DNA of 64,000 bases from an uncultured Flavobacterium sp. GTDB taxonomy: Bacteria > Bacteroidota > Bacteroidia > Flavobacteriales > Flavobacteriaceae. The DNA lies in NCBI GenBank assembly GCA_963513565.1, contig CAUPRE010000017.1, forward strand, positions 7,445 to 71,444, written 5' to 3'. Position numbers and translations under genes: made by a program. The stretch's first letter is position 1, and every line of letters begins with the position of its first letter. Shown here piece after piece: positions 62,177 through 64,000 of the stretch. Below the pieces are notes generated by a model that was given only the letters and a program-made list of their open reading frames with translations, had not been told where the DNA came from and made no database searches.

Positions 62177-63148
62177 CTAATCAAAAACCGTTGCAAGCAA
62201 ACGATGCAACTGCTGGAATTCTATTAAAAAAGCATCGTGTCCGTGAATAGAATCAATTTCTTGATACGATACTTGGTGCTGTAATTGTTGCAATTCTAGA
62301 TTTGTTTTTCGATTTTCCGTTGGGGTAAAAAACAAATCGGTATTGATTCCAATAATATGAATGTTTGCCGTTATGGGCGCTACCACACTTTCAAAAGAAC
62401 CTCTTCCGCGAGTGATATCAATGGTTTTCAACAACTGATTCATCAATTTATAAGAAGCCAATTGAAACCGTTGTTGCAATTTCTCTCCGTGATGCGCCAA
62501 CCAACTTTCGATATTAAAAACACCCAATTCGCTATTAATCGTTCGGTTGAATTTAGCTTCAAACGATTCTGGAGTGCGGTAACACAACATCGCGTGTATT
62601 CTTGCGTCTTCAATAGGGCGAGAGGAATGATTCAGAATTTGTTCTTGCAAATAGCAATTGGCCATCAACCAATCGGTCGCTTTCCAATCCGTTGCAATTG
62701 GAATTAAATGCTGTGCGAGTTGTGGCGACAAAGCGGCCATTTCCCAAGCAATTCCTCCACCAACAGAACCTCCAATAATGGCATAAACACCATTAATCTC
62801 GAGTTGTTGTAAACCTAAATTAAAAAGCTGTGCCACATCGCGAGCGGTAAAATCCAAATAGGATTCAATTACACTGCCATCAAAACCATTGCCTGGCACA
62901 TTAAAGGCAATCACGGTATATTTTTGAGTGTCGATAGTTTTTGCAGGTCCAATTAAATCGTTCCACCAGCCTGTTGCGCCAATCACTTGTGAATTTCCCG
63001 TCAACGCGTGATTTACTACCACAATAGGAGCGGTATGCAAAGCGGGTCCAAAAACTTGATAACTTAAGTTTAGGGTAGCATAAAAAGCACCACTTTCGGT
63101 GGTAAAATTAGTAAGGGTAAGTATGTTGGGTTTATTTTCCAATCTCAA
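62177..63148 (-). CDS. metX: homoserine O-acetyltransferase (alpha/beta hydrolase)
   Basis: Nucleophile motif IIGGSVGGGIAWE, a C-terminal HGHDAFL and the LESG-like N-terminus. Apparent TTG start, with no in-frame ATG near the N-terminus. Confidence 0.8.
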   Translation of the reverse strand: MRLENKPNILTLTNFTTESGAFYATLNLSYQVFGPALHTAPIVVVNHALTGNSQVIGATGWWNDLIGPAKTIDTQKYTVIAFNVPGNGFDGSVIESYLDFTARDVAQLFNLGLQQLEINGVYAIIGGSVGGGIAWEMAALSPQLAQHLIPIATDWKATDWLMANCYLQEQILNHSSRPIEDARIHAMLCYRTPESFEAKFNRTINSELGVFNIESWLAHHGEKLQQRFQLASYKLMNQLLKTIDITRGRGSFESVVAPITANIHIIGINTDLFFTPTENRKTNLELQQLQHQVSYQEIDSIHGHDAFLIEFQQLHRLLATVFD

Positions 63149-63221
63149 ATCTTTGTTGTTGTTGATTTGTATTTGGAATATTAGAAAGAAAAACTAGTGG
63201 AGACTAGAGGTATTTTGTTGC

Positions 63222-63322
63222 GTTATCTTTTTCGCTAGGCGAATAGAATGTAGCACCTTCTTCGATTTCCGAAGGGTTGCTAAGGCTTCATTGGGTCTAA
63301 TCCCTCCGCCTTTCTTTATAAC
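63222..63322 (-). promoter_or_regulatory. SAM-I (S-box) riboswitch aptamer upstream of metX-thrA
   Basis: The minus strand reads GUUAU-aaagaaAGGCGGAGGGAuuAGACCCAAUGAAGCCuuAGCAACCcuucgg...gaAGGUGCUAcAUUCua...AGAUAAC. A weak hairpin (CUAGU-n4-ACUAG + U5) follows at about 63186..63208. Confidence 0.8.
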
Positions 63323-63456
63323 ATTTCAATACGTTTGTGAACTTAAAGCTGCAAAGTAACTATTTATTTTTTTAACACGCAAATTTTTAAAACAACAACC
63401 AAGTTACAAATCATTTGCAAACTTGGTTATTGTTAGCTATTAGAATCTAGTATTCT

Positions 63457-63666
63457 TTAAATGAAAAGCGTATCGTTTTCGTTAGAATACAAATGAAACA
63501 ACATTGATTTCTTAGTAGTTTCATTCGTAGCTTCAGAAGATTTATCCATAATAAAACGCGGATGAATCAACTCGTGTACGGATTGATCTACTTTTTCTAT
63601 TTTATTTTTGATGTTTTTTCTACTAAAGAAAGAAACTATTTTGCTGAAGGTTATATTTGTTTTCAT
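63457..63666 (-). CDS. hypothetical protein (69 aa), weakly supported
   Basis: ATG-initiated ORF 35 nt downstream of the metY stop and upstream of the riboswitch. No recognisable motifs. Confidence 0.25.
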   Translation of the reverse strand: MKTNITFSKIVSFFSRKNIKNKIEKVDQSVHELIHPRFIMDKSSEATNETTKKSMLFHLYSNENDTLFI

Positions 63667-63700
63667 GATGATTGTTTTTTATTTGGTTTATCTTTTTTAT

Positions 63701-64000
63701 TTAACCGAAGCTATCAAACACAGCTTTTAAATCGGCTTTTAAATCTTCTATATCCTCTAATCCGACCGAGAGTCGAATCAAATCTTTGGTAACTCCTGTT
63801 GTCACTTGGTCTTCATCGGACAATTGTTGATGTGTGGTACTCGCTGGATGAATGATTAACGACTTCGTATCTCCAATGTTGGCCAAGAGTGAAAAAAGAT
63901 TCGTTTCATCGGCTACTTTTTTCGCTGCTTCGAATCCTCCTTTGAGTCCGAAAGTTACGATACCACTCTGACCCTTAGGTAAATAGCGCGTTACCAAATC
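63701..64000 (-). CDS. metY: O-acetylhomoserine aminocarboxypropyltransferase/sulfhydrylase, 3' end only (gene continues beyond the window)
   Basis: The C-terminal motifs [21 protein letters not shown] and [13 protein letters not shown] are typical of MetY/MetZ-type PLP enzymes. Confidence 0.85.
   Translation of the reverse strand, partial: DLVTRYLPKGQSGIVTFGLKGGFEAAKKVADETNLFSLLANIGDTKSLIIHPASTTHQQLSDEDQVTTGVTKDLIRLSVGLEDIEDLKADLKAVFDSFG

Noticed and set aside
1-64000. Prophage, transposon or integrative element with its own recombinase
   Set aside because: No integrase, transposase, recombinase, phage structural gene or tRNA gene is recognisable in any frame. The inserted modules (ATPase/Toprim pair, TM2 islet, yhcG cassette) lack mobility genes within this window.

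Overview
This is a 64-kb chromosomal window from a low-GC Bacteroidota genome, most likely a Flavobacterium-like member of Flavobacteriaceae. Supporting signs are a gldA-like ABC ATPase, an exbB-exbD-exbD-tonB block, a two-gene MetH, kynurenine-pathway genes, TAnnTTTG -7 boxes and typical intergenic word repeats. I call about 55 CDS, mostly on the minus strand. They fall into these blocks: (1) TonB/ExbBD; (2) kynurenine genes (kmo, kynU) flanking a penicillin-acylase homolog, a flavin reductase and an unknown 600-aa enzyme; (3) queA, aroA, a mazG-like gene and three tandem DUF3857/transglutaminase-like exported paralogs; (4) rsgA and dtd, separated by a two-gene ATPase + Toprim-like (DUF4276-like) module that looks like an inserted defence system and is my top candidate for the novel system; (5) an aromatic amino acid operon (pheA, aminotransferase, tyrA, DAHP synthase/chorismate mutase) preceded by a Phe/Tyr-rich leader-peptide attenuator; (6) a Met block (SAM-I riboswitch, Hcy methyltransferase, metH, metF); (7) a sulfate assimilation operon (cysH-cysD-cysN, sulfite reductase, cobA, sirC, an FNR-like reductase) divergent from a TauE exporter; (8) a 2.4-kb AT-rich islet (secreted protein, TM2, DUF2752, TM2) bounded by a 95-bp duplication of the 3' end of an Rrf2 regulator gene; (9) a second Met/Thr block (SAM-I riboswitch, metX, thrA, a frameshifted yhcG, osmC, a metB-like gene), with the metY 3' end at the window edge. 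No rRNA, tRNA, CRISPR array, transposase or integrase was seen. The window is unusually rich in short GC-rich palindromic repeat families. Several copies are embedded in frame inside coding sequences, including mid-gene in aroA. All similarity statements come from my own motif recognition; no searches or computations were run.
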